From assembly GCA_020632095.1 (NCBI GenBank), contig JACKGF010000002.1, positions 144,502 to 208,501 of the forward strand: a stretch of 64,000 nucleotides of DNA, read 5' to 3'. The DNA comes from Candidatus Nomurabacteria bacterium (lineage in GTDB: Bacteria; Patescibacteriota; Minisyncoccia; Phycocordibacterales; UBA918). Position numbers and translations under genes: made by a program. Position 1 is the stretch's first letter; each line of letters opens with the position of its first letter. Positions 17,176-26,122 of the stretch are shown here, in pieces. A model generated the notes under the pieces. It was not told the origin of the DNA and did not search any database. It was given only the letters and a program-made list of their open reading frames with translations.

Positions 17176-17475
17176 TTAGAAGCGGTCTTTATCCCTATTC
17201 TTGCTCTTCTCAAGACTATCTGCCAAAGCTTTATCCAAATCAATATTGTGAGTATTGGCGAAGCAAGCTAGGGCAAAAATAATATCTCCAATTTCGTCAG
17301 AAAATTCCTGTTCGCGTTCTGTACTCTTTTTTACTTTCGGACCATATTCATGATTGACCAAGCGGGCCAACTCCCCTACTTCCTCGGTCACCCTCGCCAA
17401 CATCTCATGTGGAGACCAATAACTAAAGCTCACTTCCTTGAACCAGCTATCTATATCTTTTTGGCCTTTGTTCAT
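17176..17475 (-). CDS. MazG-like nucleoside triphosphate pyrophosphohydrolase (small)
   Basis: EEVGELARLV...EFSDEIGDIIFAL: EExxE/ExxD metal-binding helices typical of the MazG/NTP-PPase fold. Confidence 0.6.
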   Translation of the reverse strand: MNKGQKDIDSWFKEVSFSYWSPHEMLARVTEEVGELARLVNHEYGPKVKKSTEREQEFSDEIGDIIFALACFANTHNIDLDKALADSLEKSKNRDKDRF

Positions 17476-17482
17476 GAAAAAT

Positions 17483-19153
17483 TTATTTTATCGTCTCGTA
17501 CGCCGCTTTCACAAAAGCAGTAAATAGTGGATGGGGGTCAAGTGGTCTTGCTTGAAGCTCTGGATGGAATTGTACCCCGACAAAGAAAGGATGATCTTCA
17601 AGTGGTAGTTCGGCAATTTCCATAAGGGTACTATCTGGAGACTTACCGGAAAACCGCAGACCTTTTTCTTCAAGTAAAGGAATGTATTCGGGATTAACTT
17701 CATAACGGTGACGGTGACGTTCTAGAATAGACTGTGATTTGTATGCTTTGGCGGCCACTGAGCCCTTGGTCAGGTTGGCAGGATATTGACCGAGTCGCAT
17801 CGAACCACCCATCTCTTTGTTGGCAATTTTGTCTTTTTGTTCAGCCATAACACCAATCACCAGGTGTTCTGCATTAGGATTTATCTCTTCAGTACTTGCG
17901 TCTTTCAGTTTGGCGACATTTTGTGCATACTCCAGCACCGCTAACTGCATTCCGTAACAAAGACCAAAGTACGGCACCTTGTTCTTGCGGGCGTATTCAA
18001 TCACATTTAATTTGCCTTCAATACCAGTTTTGCCAAATCCCCCTGGCACCAAGATACCATCGTAATTCTTCAGTTTCTTTAATTGCGCTTTATCTTCAAA
18101 ATCATGAGCTGACAGGTACGAAATCACTGGCTTAAGTTTTAGTTTGTAGGCAGAAAACTTGATTGCTTCCAAGACAGACAAATACACATCAGACAAAACA
18201 AAGTCTCCAGAATTGAAATATTTACCCACCACCGCGATCTTTACTACATCATTCTCTACCTTAGAGCTGTTTACAAATTGTCGCCAAGCCTTAAGATCAA
18301 CTGCTTGTTTCATTGGTAAATTCAAAATCTCGGTCAATTGCAATGAAAGCTTGTCTTCTTCAAAATTAAGTGGAATCTCGTAAATATTTTTCACGTCAGG
18401 AGCCGAAATAACATTTTCAACCTTCACGTTACAAAACTTAGAAATCTTTTCCTTACGCTTATCGTCCACTCCAATCGGACTGCGACACACAATCATATCG
18501 GCAAATACTCCAGCGTTATTAAGGGTACGAACAGCGGTCTGGGTAGGTTTGGTTTTCATTTCACCAATCGAACCAGGGACCGGTAGATAGCTCACCATCA
18601 CGACAGCAACGTTTTCTGGTTCTTCAGATTTCATCATACGAATCGCTTCCAAAAAGAGCACATTTTGGTATTCCCCAACCGTACCTCCCACCTCAACTTG
18701 TACTACATCAGCTTTAGCCTCAGCCCCCGCCTGCTTAATACGCCGAATGACTTCGAGAGGAATATCAGGTACCACCTCAACACATAGTCCGTTATATTCT
18801 AAATTTCGTTCTTTTTGAATCACTGACTGGTAGACACTACCAGTCGTCATGTAGTTGATGTTGGGTAAATCGGTATTTAAAAAGCGTTCATAGTTACCCA
18901 TGTCTTGGTCAGTTTCGAGACCATCCTTTAAGACAAAAGTTTCTCCATGGACAGTTGGGTTCATAGTACCCGCGTCCACATTAATGTATGGGTCAATTTT
19001 CATCGCAGTCACCTTGTGACCTCTGGCCTGCAGTAGGGTCGCAATTGAAGAAGAAGCAATACCTTTCCCTACTCCACTCATTACCCCACCAACAATGAAA
19101 ATGTATTTTTGAGCCGGCTGTTTAGCAGTCGTTTTAGTTTTAGTTTTTTTCAT
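17483..19153 (-). CDS. pyrG: CTP synthase
   Basis: N-terminal synthetase GGVMSGVGKGIASSSIATLL; C-terminal glutamine amidotransferase (GLCYGMQ, HPE). Confidence 0.95.
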   Translation of the reverse strand: MKKTKTKTTAKQPAQKYIFIVGGVMSGVGKGIASSSIATLLQARGHKVTAMKIDPYINVDAGTMNPTVHGETFVLKDGLETDQDMGNYERFLNTDLPNINYMTTGSVYQSVIQKERNLEYNGLCVEVVPDIPLEVIRRIKQAGAEAKADVVQVEVGGTVGEYQNVLFLEAIRMMKSEEPENVAVVMVSYLPVPGSIGEMKTKPTQTAVRTLNNAGVFADMIVCRSPIGVDDKRKEKISKFCNVKVENVISAPDVKNIYEIPLNFEEDKLSLQLTEILNLPMKQAVDLKAWRQFVNSSKVENDVVKIAVVGKYFNSGDFVLSDVYLSVLEAIKFSAYKLKLKPVISYLSAHDFEDKAQLKKLKNYDGILVPGGFGKTGIEGKLNVIEYARKNKVPYFGLCYGMQLAVLEYAQNVAKLKDASTEEINPNAEHLVIGVMAEQKDKIANKEMGGSMRLGQYPANLTKGSVAAKAYKSQSILERHRHRYEVNPEYIPLLEEKGLRFSGKSPDSTLMEIAELPLEDHPFFVGVQFHPELQARPLDPHPLFTAFVKAAYETIK

Positions 19154-19173
19154 AAAAGATGAGTTAAATGGAA

Positions 19174-20094
19174 TTAAGTTCGTAAATACCTCGCTACAGC
19201 TAGGGTACTAGATACCAAGCCAAGCACCACCCCAATTCCTACCAACAACCCAAAGATTTCTCCAAAGTGGGCAATGTAGTAGTTGAATAGATTAAGCTCA
19301 AAGAAGGCTTCGGTGCGTGGGCCAACCCAAACTAGAAGTGGATAAAATAATAGCAAAGCTAACACACCAGAAATAAAGCCATACATGATTCCTTGTAGCA
19401 TGAACGGGCCACGGATGAACATGTTACTTGCTCCCACCAGACGCATAATGGAAATTTCTTCGCGGGAGGTAAAGATAGCGAGTCGAACGGTATTGAAGGT
19501 AATAAGAATTGAAGAGATAAGGAGAATCATCATCACAATAAAGCTCGCTTTCTCGGTAGCCCGAATAATACTAGTGAGCTTATCGATAGAATCTTTATTC
19601 TTTTGGTAGTTAATTTGATCGATAACTTGAGTCTGGGGTTGTTCAGCGGCTTGTTGCTCTTCCAAAAAACGAGCAATACTTTCATATTGGGAAGTTTCTT
19701 TAGCTAAAATAGCAATCGTGGCACCAAGAGGATTCTCGTTCAACTCTTCTAAGGCCTGGAGAGCGATTTCATCATCTTTGCTACTTTCGCGATATTTGCG
19801 CAGAGCATCTTCGCGGGAAGTGTATTCAACTGATTTAACATCAGGCAATGCTTCGACAGCAGTCTTAATACGCTCAATCTCCTCTTCCGGAGCGCTCGGT
19901 ACAAAATAAACATTGATATCTACTTTTGACTGCAAAGTATCGAGTGAAGTAGTCAACAACTGACTAACAAACAACGTTGAGCCAATCACAAACAAAGCCA
20001 CCGTTAAAACAAAAATCGACGCCAATGAAACGTAAGCATTACGCCAAAAACCAACAAACCCAGCTTTTACTACTCTTCTAAACGCAGTTATCAT
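19174..20094 (-). CDS. ftsX: cell division ABC transporter permease FtsX
   Basis: 4-TM FtsX topology, large first extracytoplasmic loop, directly downstream of ftsE. Confidence 0.8.
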   Translation of the reverse strand: MITAFRRVVKAGFVGFWRNAYVSLASIFVLTVALFVIGSTLFVSQLLTTSLDTLQSKVDINVYFVPSAPEEEIERIKTAVEALPDVKSVEYTSREDALRKYRESSKDDEIALQALEELNENPLGATIAILAKETSQYESIARFLEEQQAAEQPQTQVIDQINYQKNKDSIDKLTSIIRATEKASFIVMMILLISSILITFNTVRLAIFTSREEISIMRLVGASNMFIRGPFMLQGIMYGFISGVLALLLFYPLLVWVGPRTEAFFELNLFNYYIAHFGEIFGLLVGIGVVLGLVSSTLAVARYLRT

Positions 20095-20099
20095 AAATA

Positions 20100-20783
20100 T
20101 TATAAAACGTATTTACCTGTTGAGTCATCACGAACAATTCTACCATCATCCATCGTGATAACTCGTCTTTCAATCTCATCTATCACACCTTTATTGTGGG
20201 TAGTCATAATCACAGTCGTACCAAGATCATTAATCTTACGTAGAATCTGTACTACTTCATAAGTAGCGATAGGGTCTAGATTACCGGTTGGTTCATCAGC
20301 AATGATGATGTCGGGCTGATTGACAATCGCTCTAGCTATCGCTACTCGTTGCTTCTCGCCACCCGAAAGCTCGTTGGGGAAATTCCACGCTTTATCATCT
20401 AGGTCTACCAACGCCAAAGCTTGCGGGACATTCTCAGCGATTTCTTCATCTGTCCGACCGTTAGCTTCCATAGCAAAAGCGACGTTTTCGTAGGCGGTCT
20501 TGTGCATTAATAATTTGAAATCTTGGAAGACAGTACCAATCTTGCGACGATAGTTTGGAAGCTTAGTTTTAGGAATCCGGTGAATATCTAAAGACTCAAA
20601 AAAAACTTGCCCGTGAGTGGGTTTATCTTCAGCAATAATCATCTTTAGTAGTGTGGTCTTTCCAGCTCCAGAGTGACCAACAATCGACACAAATTCCTTG
20701 GGAGCTACCTGAAACGTAACCTCTTGTATAGCGGCTGAACGACCATCGTTGTACAGCTTTGAAACATTATCAAAGTAAATCAT
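20100..20783 (-). CDS. ftsE: cell division ATP-binding protein FtsE
   Basis: Walker A GHSGAGKTT, signature LSGGEKQRVAIARA, Walker B IIIADEPTGNLD. Confidence 0.9.
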   Translation of the reverse strand: MIYFDNVSKLYNDGRSAAIQEVTFQVAPKEFVSIVGHSGAGKTTLLKMIIAEDKPTHGQVFFESLDIHRIPKTKLPNYRRKIGTVFQDFKLLMHKTAYENVAFAMEANGRTDEEIAENVPQALALVDLDDKAWNFPNELSGGEKQRVAIARAIVNQPDIIIADEPTGNLDPIATYEVVQILRKINDLGTTVIMTTHNKGVIDEIERRVITMDDGRIVRDDSTGKYVL

Positions 20784-21023
20784 ATTACCAGTATATCACG
20801 CTATTCAGGATTTATAGAAGCGTTTATTGAACGAGGAAATGAGTATAACGATTATTTGCGACCTAATTTTAGAAAGCGTCAAGCGACCATAAAAATTAAG
20901 GTGTCTTTGCGGTAAATCTCTGATGAAAGTAATCATTATTTAAACCATTTTTAAACTTTTTGGTTTGTATCTAAATATAATAAAAATGACCATCCGGTGT
21001 GTAATACCGGATGGTTAAATTAA

Positions 21024-21467
21024 TCATCTACCCAAGAATCTTAGTTTTATTGTTTTTATCAAACCATGATGACTCATATCGCTCGCAAGAGTTGTCTTTA
21101 GATAAGAGTCATAAATAATACTACTGATGACAATGCAAAAAAACAAGGGTCCTAGTAGGAATGAGACACTTGCATTTACTAGCACGAAAGACCCAAATGG
21201 ACCTAGCTCCAGTAAATACCATCTCGTAACAAAATCAATCCTAGGTTTAAAAGGTATCCTTGTTTCTATAAATGGCAAAAAGGATGCTAATCCAACACAT
21301 ACAAGCTGCAAAGCTTTTATCATTGTTAAAGAGCCATCGTTATTACGCAAAGCAGTAACAATAACCATAAAAAACGACAGGATGGATACGCCAATCCACC
21401 ACCAAGTGGAAAGTAAATGCAAATAACCGAGGAAAATATTACGTATAAATTCCATTTTATCCTCCAA
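21024..21467 (-). CDS. hypothetical membrane protein
   Basis: 147 aa, 3-4 predicted TM helices; terminator hairpin 20988-21016 downstream. Confidence 0.4.
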   Translation of the reverse strand: MEDKMEFIRNIFLGYLHLLSTWWWIGVSILSFFMVIVTALRNNDGSLTMIKALQLVCVGLASFLPFIETRIPFKPRIDFVTRWYLLELGPFGSFVLVNASVSFLLGPLFFCIVISSIIYDSYLKTTLASDMSHHGLIKTIKLRFLGR

Positions 21468-21607
21468 ACTGTTGCAGTTGAAAAGAAAACTTTTTTTAGA
21501 TTAGCATAATAACTATTCATTGAAAATGAAAACAAATATAACTTTATGCCATAGCCATAAACATGACCTGTTGCTTTGAAAAAATTACTGGGAAATTTAC
21601 AGCTAAA

Positions 21608-22492
21608 TTAATCTTTAGTATCTAATTTTGCATCTAAAAATTCTTGAATTTCCCCATTGAGCACCTTGTCAATATTGCGCACTTCAGTGTTGGTGCGGTG
21701 GTCTTTTACCAATTGATAAGGATGTAAAACGTAGGAACGAATCTGGCTTCCCCACTCAATTTTAAGAGATTTTTCTACCGCTAGCCCTTGGAGTTCACGG
21801 GCCCGTTGTGCTTCCTCAAAAGCAAAGATTTTTCCAGCCAACAAAGCCATGCCTTGCTCACGGTTTTGTTGTTGTGAACGTTCAGTCGAAATATTCACCG
21901 AAATGTTGGTAGGCTTGTGAACAATCCGTACAGCGGTCTCGCGCTTATTAACATTTTGACCACCAGCACCACCAGAGCGAGCGAAGGTAATCTCTAGATC
22001 GTCTTCATTTAATTCTACAGCGGAAGTATCTTCCAACTTCGGCGAAACTTCCACCAATACAAATGAAGTTTGACGCTTACCATTTGAATTAAAAGGTGAA
22101 ATACGCACCAGACGATGGACGCCTGATTCGTTCTTAAGCGTGCCGTAGGCATTCTTACCCTGAATTTCAAAAGTTAGGTTACGATAACCGTTTTGATCAT
22201 TGGTATTACTATCAATAATCATCACCCCCCAACCTTTACTCTCAGCAAACTTTTGATACATCTCCACCAGCATCCGCGCAAAATCTTCAGCATCATCACC
22301 GCCGGCGCCAGCCACAATGGTAAAAACAGCGTAATTTCTGTCATATTTACCTTTTCCATCGGCAGTATCTTTTAATTCTTGCAGCTCCTTTATCATCGCC
22401 TGCGCTAGCTGAGAATCATTCCAAAAAGTCGGCTCCAGCATCGCTGCTTCGATTTCTGCAATTCTTTGCTGGTTTTCTTGAGTGTCTGACAT
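21608..22492 (-). CDS. prfB: peptide chain release factor 2 (short N-terminus)
   Basis: GGQ motif [20 protein letters not shown]; SPF tripeptide (RISPFNSNG) marks RF2. Confidence 0.85.
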   Translation of the reverse strand: MSDTQENQQRIAEIEAAMLEPTFWNDSQLAQAMIKELQELKDTADGKGKYDRNYAVFTIVAGAGGDDAEDFARMLVEMYQKFAESKGWGVMIIDSNTNDQNGYRNLTFEIQGKNAYGTLKNESGVHRLVRISPFNSNGKRQTSFVLVEVSPKLEDTSAVELNEDDLEITFARSGGAGGQNVNKRETAVRIVHKPTNISVNISTERSQQQNREQGMALLAGKIFAFEEAQRARELQGLAVEKSLKIEWGSQIRSYVLHPYQLVKDHRTNTEVRNIDKVLNGEIQEFLDAKLDTKD

Positions 22493-22547
22493 ACCACTGA
22501 GTATAACAAAATTAGGGGTGCGTTGCCTACGGCAACGCGCACCCCTT

Positions 22548-23036
22548 TCAAAAAATATGTTTCACCCAAACTATTGTCGGTTTTTCACTCATCTCACCTC
22601 GGGCTTTGTAGCCAAGGGATTTGTAAAAACCAGCATTATTTTTAAGGGGACTGTTAGTAAAAAAGATAACAATACCTGTCATCCAACAACTCCACCTAAA
22701 CTTAATCATACTTTCAAGCGCGGTCATCGCTTGTCTACCAAAGCCCTTACCGTCGAACCCCTCCCGAACAGCTACGTTATTTACAACGGCCTGAAACGCG
22801 GATAAAACTTTGACTCGAGAAGCTTGAGCCATTGCTACCAACTGATTCTCACTGATTACAAAAGAAATCACATCGTCATTGGAGTTAAGTAACTCTCTAA
22901 AGAAGAATGGACTTACCCACAAAGATTCTCCGTGCAGTCGCCGTAGGAGTGTTTGATACTGCAAACTAACAACTTCAAAGTCCATCCACTGCAAAACCTG
23001 ATTTGAAACACAGATCGTACTGTTTGGCCACATCAT
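22548..23036 (-). CDS. GNAT family N-acetyltransferase
   Basis: acetyl-CoA binding motif [17 protein letters not shown]; start placed at MMWPN.. because the upstream ORF extension is translation of a GC hairpin (23093-23115). Confidence 0.6.
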   Translation of the reverse strand: MMWPNSTICVSNQVLQWMDFEVVSLQYQTLLRRLHGESLWVSPFFFRELLNSNDDVISFVISENQLVAMAQASRVKVLSAFQAVVNNVAVREGFDGKGFGRQAMTALESMIKFRWSCWMTGIVIFFTNSPLKNNAGFYKSLGYKARGEMSEKPTIVWVKHIF

Positions 23037-23128
23037 GATTGACACCTCCTTTTCTGTGGACACTTTATATAATAACCTTCTGGAATACAAGTGGGCGCGG
23101 CCTACGGCCGCGCCCACCCTCCACTCTG

Positions 23129-23393
23129 AGCCAACACACAGAATCGAACTGTGGACCTCATCCTTCGCTTACACCCTTTTTTAAACACTTGTAGATATAA
23201 AGGGGCTAGACTGTATCTTGTACCAAACTAGGCACTCCCTTGTCAGTCGTTCGGGCCTATTATAGGCCACGGTCTTGGCTACTACATTAGCTATTAACCG
23301 TTATTCGGGATTCATCTTATGTGTTACCACATAAGCGGGCGGGGATCATTGCGACCCACCATGGATGCGCTCTACCGACTGAGCTATGTTGGC
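23129..23393 (-). tRNA. tRNA-Thr(GGT) interrupted by 192-nt intron in anticodon loop
   Basis: 5' exon GCCAACAUAGCUCAGUCGGUAGAGCGCAUCCAUGGU (23393-23358); 3' exon AAGGAUGAGGUCCACAGUUCGAUUCUGUGUGUUGGCU (23165-23129); exons join to a canonical cloverleaf closely matching E. coli tRNA-Thr(GGU). Confidence 0.75.
23166..23357 (-). ncRNA. group I-like self-splicing intron within tRNA-Thr, between anticodon positions 36/37
   Basis: 5' exon ends in U that can pair as U.G in a P1 with intron CCCGCC; intron ends in G; P7-like GACUG...CAGUC; S-like element AAGAUACAGUCU; GNRA (GUAA) tetraloop hairpin CUUAUGUG-GUAA-CACAUAAG. Confidence 0.6.
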
Positions 23394-23480
23394 AAAAGTA
23401 TCGGCTCGCAACCTTTCGATTGCGTCGTAGATATTATCACGAATCTTGGTGTTTGAGAAATTAATTACCTAGACAACAGA

Positions 23481-23509
23481 TTGCAAAAAAACGTAAAATT
23501 GGCTATACT
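23481..23509 (+). promoter_or_regulatory. sigma70-like promoter (TTGCAA-17-TATACT) for tRNA-Asp
   Basis: consensus-like -35/-10 with 17-nt spacer about 30 nt upstream of tRNA start. Confidence 0.45.
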
Positions 23510-23539
23510 CTCCGCACTTACTGAATAAGTTAAGTATTT

Positions 23540-23613
23540 GCGGTGGTAGCTCAATTGGTTAGAGCACCCGCCTGTCACGCGGGAGGTTGCGGGTTCGAGT
23601 CCCGTCCGCCGCG
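23540..23613 (+). tRNA. tRNA-Asp(GTC)
   Basis: GCGGUGGUAGCUCAAUUGGUUAGAGCACCCGCCUGUCACGCGGGAGGUUGCGGGUUCGAGUCCCGUCCGCCGCG; anticodon loop CUGUCAC. Confidence 0.85.
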
Positions 23614-23625
23614 CCGCAAAGCCCT

Positions 23626-23668
23626 AAAACAAAGGTCGCCTCACACAGTGAGGCGACCTTTGTTTTAG
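23626..23668 (+). terminator. rho-independent terminator after tRNA-Asp
   Basis: AAAACAAAGGTCGCCTCAC..GTGAGGCGACCTTTGTTTT. Confidence 0.6.
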
Positions 23669-23676
23669 ACCAGTCC

Positions 23677-23919
23677 TTAATTTTTATTACGGTAGTATTT
23701 CACAATATCAAGAAAGGCCGACAAAAACCAAACTGTATTCAAAACCATAAACGGATAACTGCTAATTAAATACGCATAAATAACTAACATCAACGCCCCG
23801 ACCGCATTTGTAACATCGTAAACAAGAGAATCATTGAGCCATTTGTCTTTCTGATTCATCAGGAAAGCCAGTAGAATAATTCCGGCTCCAATTACTCCGA
23901 GTATAGTGACAGGGTCCAT
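23677..23919 (-). CDS. hypothetical small membrane protein
   Basis: 80 aa, two hydrophobic helices. Confidence 0.35.
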   Translation of the reverse strand: MDPVTILGVIGAGIILLAFLMNQKDKWLNDSLVYDVTNAVGALMLVIYAYLISSYPFMVLNTVWFLSAFLDIVKYYRNKN

Positions 23920-23946
23920 AATAATATTTATTGGGTATTCATTATT

Positions 23947-24174
23947 TTAATCATCCTTATACTCCGCTTCTATATAGTTAATCATTTCGCGCACTTGAGC
24001 ATTATTACTAATAAGCAAAAACGCATGTAATTTTCTAAGATAAAAATTCTTCTCTTCCTCTGATTGAAACCTACCATCTGCAAGTAAACCATCAATCTCA
24101 TTAAGAAGGTTATCGATCTCCTCTGTAATAACTAATGGTTCTTGATTTTCATTAGGTTTAAAATGTTCTGCCAT
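23947..24174 (-). CDS. hypothetical protein
   Basis: 75-aa ORF; no motif. Confidence 0.35.
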   Translation of the reverse strand: MAEHFKPNENQEPLVITEEIDNLLNEIDGLLADGRFQSEEEKNFYLRKLHAFLLISNNAQVREMINYIEAEYKDD

Positions 24175-24359
24175 ATTGATTGTAATGATTGAATATTGGA
24201 GAGGAGGATTTGGTCACCCATCGCTCCTTGCAGTCGCGTGGTCGACCCCGCCTCATTCGTTCGCAGGCTCACATCACTCCGGCTTTCAAATCCCCGCGAA
24301 AGCAAAACTATTTGCTTTCTCCGTCGACTCAATTTTAATTTGCCAGTTGGCAAAAATTT

Positions 24360-24433
24360 GTGTCGACGGGAGGATTTGAACCTCCGACCCCAGCTTTATG
24401 AGTGCTGTGCTCTAACCAACTGAGCTACGCCGA
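24360..24433 (-). tRNA. tRNA-Met(CAT), elongator or Ile2-type
   Basis: GUCGGCGUAGCUCAGUUGGUUAGAGCACAGCACUCAUAAAGCUGGGGUCGGAGGUUCAAAUCCUCCCGUCGAC; anticodon loop CUCAUAA. Confidence 0.8.
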
Positions 24434-24487
24434 CGTGGGGCTAGATTACACTATTTTCCCACTCGTTTCAACAAAATTACTCACGCT

Positions 24488-25198
24488 TTATGCCTTTGCG
24501 AACACCCCAGCTCGAATACCCAAATCAGGAGTCAAAATTTCTTCGGCTTTATCAACATCTTCTGGATAGCCAATTGGAATCCAACGATTTTGTTCCACTA
24601 CAGCAATCGGAAATTCCTTAGCGTAACGTTCAATAACTTCAGTCAAATAGTACTCCCCTTTCACTGGTGTAGTTGGAGTAAACTTAAAGATGTTATCGTC
24701 CAACACCATAGCGCCGGTACTGGCACAGTTTGAAGGAGCATGTTCTGGCTTCTCAATCATCATTCCTAGTGTGCCGTCTGGATTTCGCACTACGATACCA
24801 AACTTCTCTGGATTCTCGACCGAAGAAACAAGCAATGAACGAGTATAGGACATTGCTCGCGCGATATCCTCCTTACCGTGAATATCATCACCAAACATAA
24901 ACATAAAGCGACCCCTAACCAAATCCTTACACAACCAAAGAGCCTTGGCTGTTCCTTCTGGCTTTTCTTGTCTCACATAAGTTACTCTACGACCATGAAA
25001 TTCGGTTCCACAATACTCCTTAATTTGGTCTCCAAGGTAACCAATCACGATAATAAGTTCATCAACCGCGCTCGGCAGTGCTTCAACAATGTAGTCAATT
25101 AAAGGTTTATCTAAGACTGTTACTAATTGCTTAGGTCGGTTGTTTGTTAATGGCCGTAATCGGGTACCTTCCCCCGCGGCAAGAATTACGCATTGCAT
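24488..25198 (-). CDS. sugar-phosphate nucleotidyltransferase (NTP_transferase family)
   Basis: N-terminal MQCVILAAGEGTRLRPLT (GxGTRL) motif. Confidence 0.8.
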   Translation of the reverse strand: MQCVILAAGEGTRLRPLTNNRPKQLVTVLDKPLIDYIVEALPSAVDELIIVIGYLGDQIKEYCGTEFHGRRVTYVRQEKPEGTAKALWLCKDLVRGRFMFMFGDDIHGKEDIARAMSYTRSLLVSSVENPEKFGIVVRNPDGTLGMMIEKPEHAPSNCASTGAMVLDDNIFKFTPTTPVKGEYYLTEVIERYAKEFPIAVVEQNRWIPIGYPEDVDKAEEILTPDLGIRAGVFAKA

Positions 25199-25392
25199 AT
25201 GACATTCATTATACTATATCCACATATAGACACTCACCTATTTATACCCTTGAAAGATTTATATTATGTTGTAAAGAAATCTCATTATACATATCAACAA
25301 AAACCTAAATGTGAATAATCAGAAGAATATTGACTTCGCTCGTTCGATTCCAACGAGAGCAAAGCAGTTTATTCTCTTACCCCGCAGAATAA

Positions 25393-25433
25393 GTAAAGAA
25401 AAATACCGATATGAAATCGGTATTTTTCTTTAC
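25393..25433. repeat. 18-bp perfect inverted repeat hairpin
   Basis: GTAAAGAAAAATACCGAT-ATGAA-ATCGGTATTTTTCTTTAC. Confidence 0.8.
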
Positions 25434-25646
25434 TTGTTGCAGAGATACGAGAGAATTGGAATCAGATACTAAATGCCCTTGAAAATATGAGCGGACAAGC
25501 ATAGCTTCCCCTATCTCAATCTTTATGTTAAGGGATGGAGGCATGAGGGAAATGCAAATAAATACTATGTATAAATACCTCTCTAAAAAATTATGATTTA
25601 ACAAAAAACCACTCCCATATTCAAGAGTGGTTGATCTATTTAAGAA

Positions 25647-26120
25647 TCAAGAATACTTATTTGAAAATGTCACTTCAATAGTTCGCCTCGCCACCCTGGC
25701 TACATCAGAACGATTTAGTGCAATTTTATAATCTTGCCAAACTACTTCAGCTATTTCACTGTTCAATACCAAATCAGCAGTAATTGCTTTTCCGGCAAAC
25801 AAAGTTACTGTATCATGTTTACCCTCCCCACTGGTTTGATATTCTCCGACTTGTTTTGCCCCAGAAACATCAACACCAATTTCTTCTTTTGTTTCACGTA
25901 ATGCCGCCACCAGAGCAGTTTCTTTTTTAGGGTTGTATCCTCCACCGGGAATATTCCAAAGTGTTTGATTACCATAAGTAGGCCTAACGAGTAATATTTC
26001 ATTTTGATTTTGTGAATGCATAATGAGTATTTTTACCCCAAATGTTTTTGGTTTAAAAATATTCCAATACCAGCGCCTAAATGGCATGATGGCAGCGTAT
26101 AAATACTTTTTTAGTTTCAT
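25647..26120 (-). CDS. NUDIX hydrolase
   Basis: Nudix box GGGYNPKKETALVAALRETKEEIGV. Confidence 0.8.
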   Translation of the reverse strand: MKLKKYLYAAIMPFRRWYWNIFKPKTFGVKILIMHSQNQNEILLVRPTYGNQTLWNIPGGGYNPKKETALVAALRETKEEIGVDVSGAKQVGEYQTSGEGKHDTVTLFAGKAITADLVLNSEIAEVVWQDYKIALNRSDVARVARRTIEVTFSNKYS

Positions 26121-26122
26121 GT

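Noticed and set aside
21608-22560. Programmed +1 frameshift site in prfB
   Set aside because: I looked for an upstream short frame with CUU UGA in the 55-nt gap. Only a hairpin is present, with no candidate shifty site.
23037-23117. N-terminal 27-residue extension of the GNAT ORF
   Set aside because: The extension MGAAVGRAH… is a translation of the GC hairpin at 23093-23115. The start was moved to the internal Met.
24176-24423. Two overlapping plus-strand ORFs (67 and 75 aa)
   Set aside because: They overlap each other and run through the tRNA-Met gene on the opposite strand. The region looks like structured non-coding DNA.
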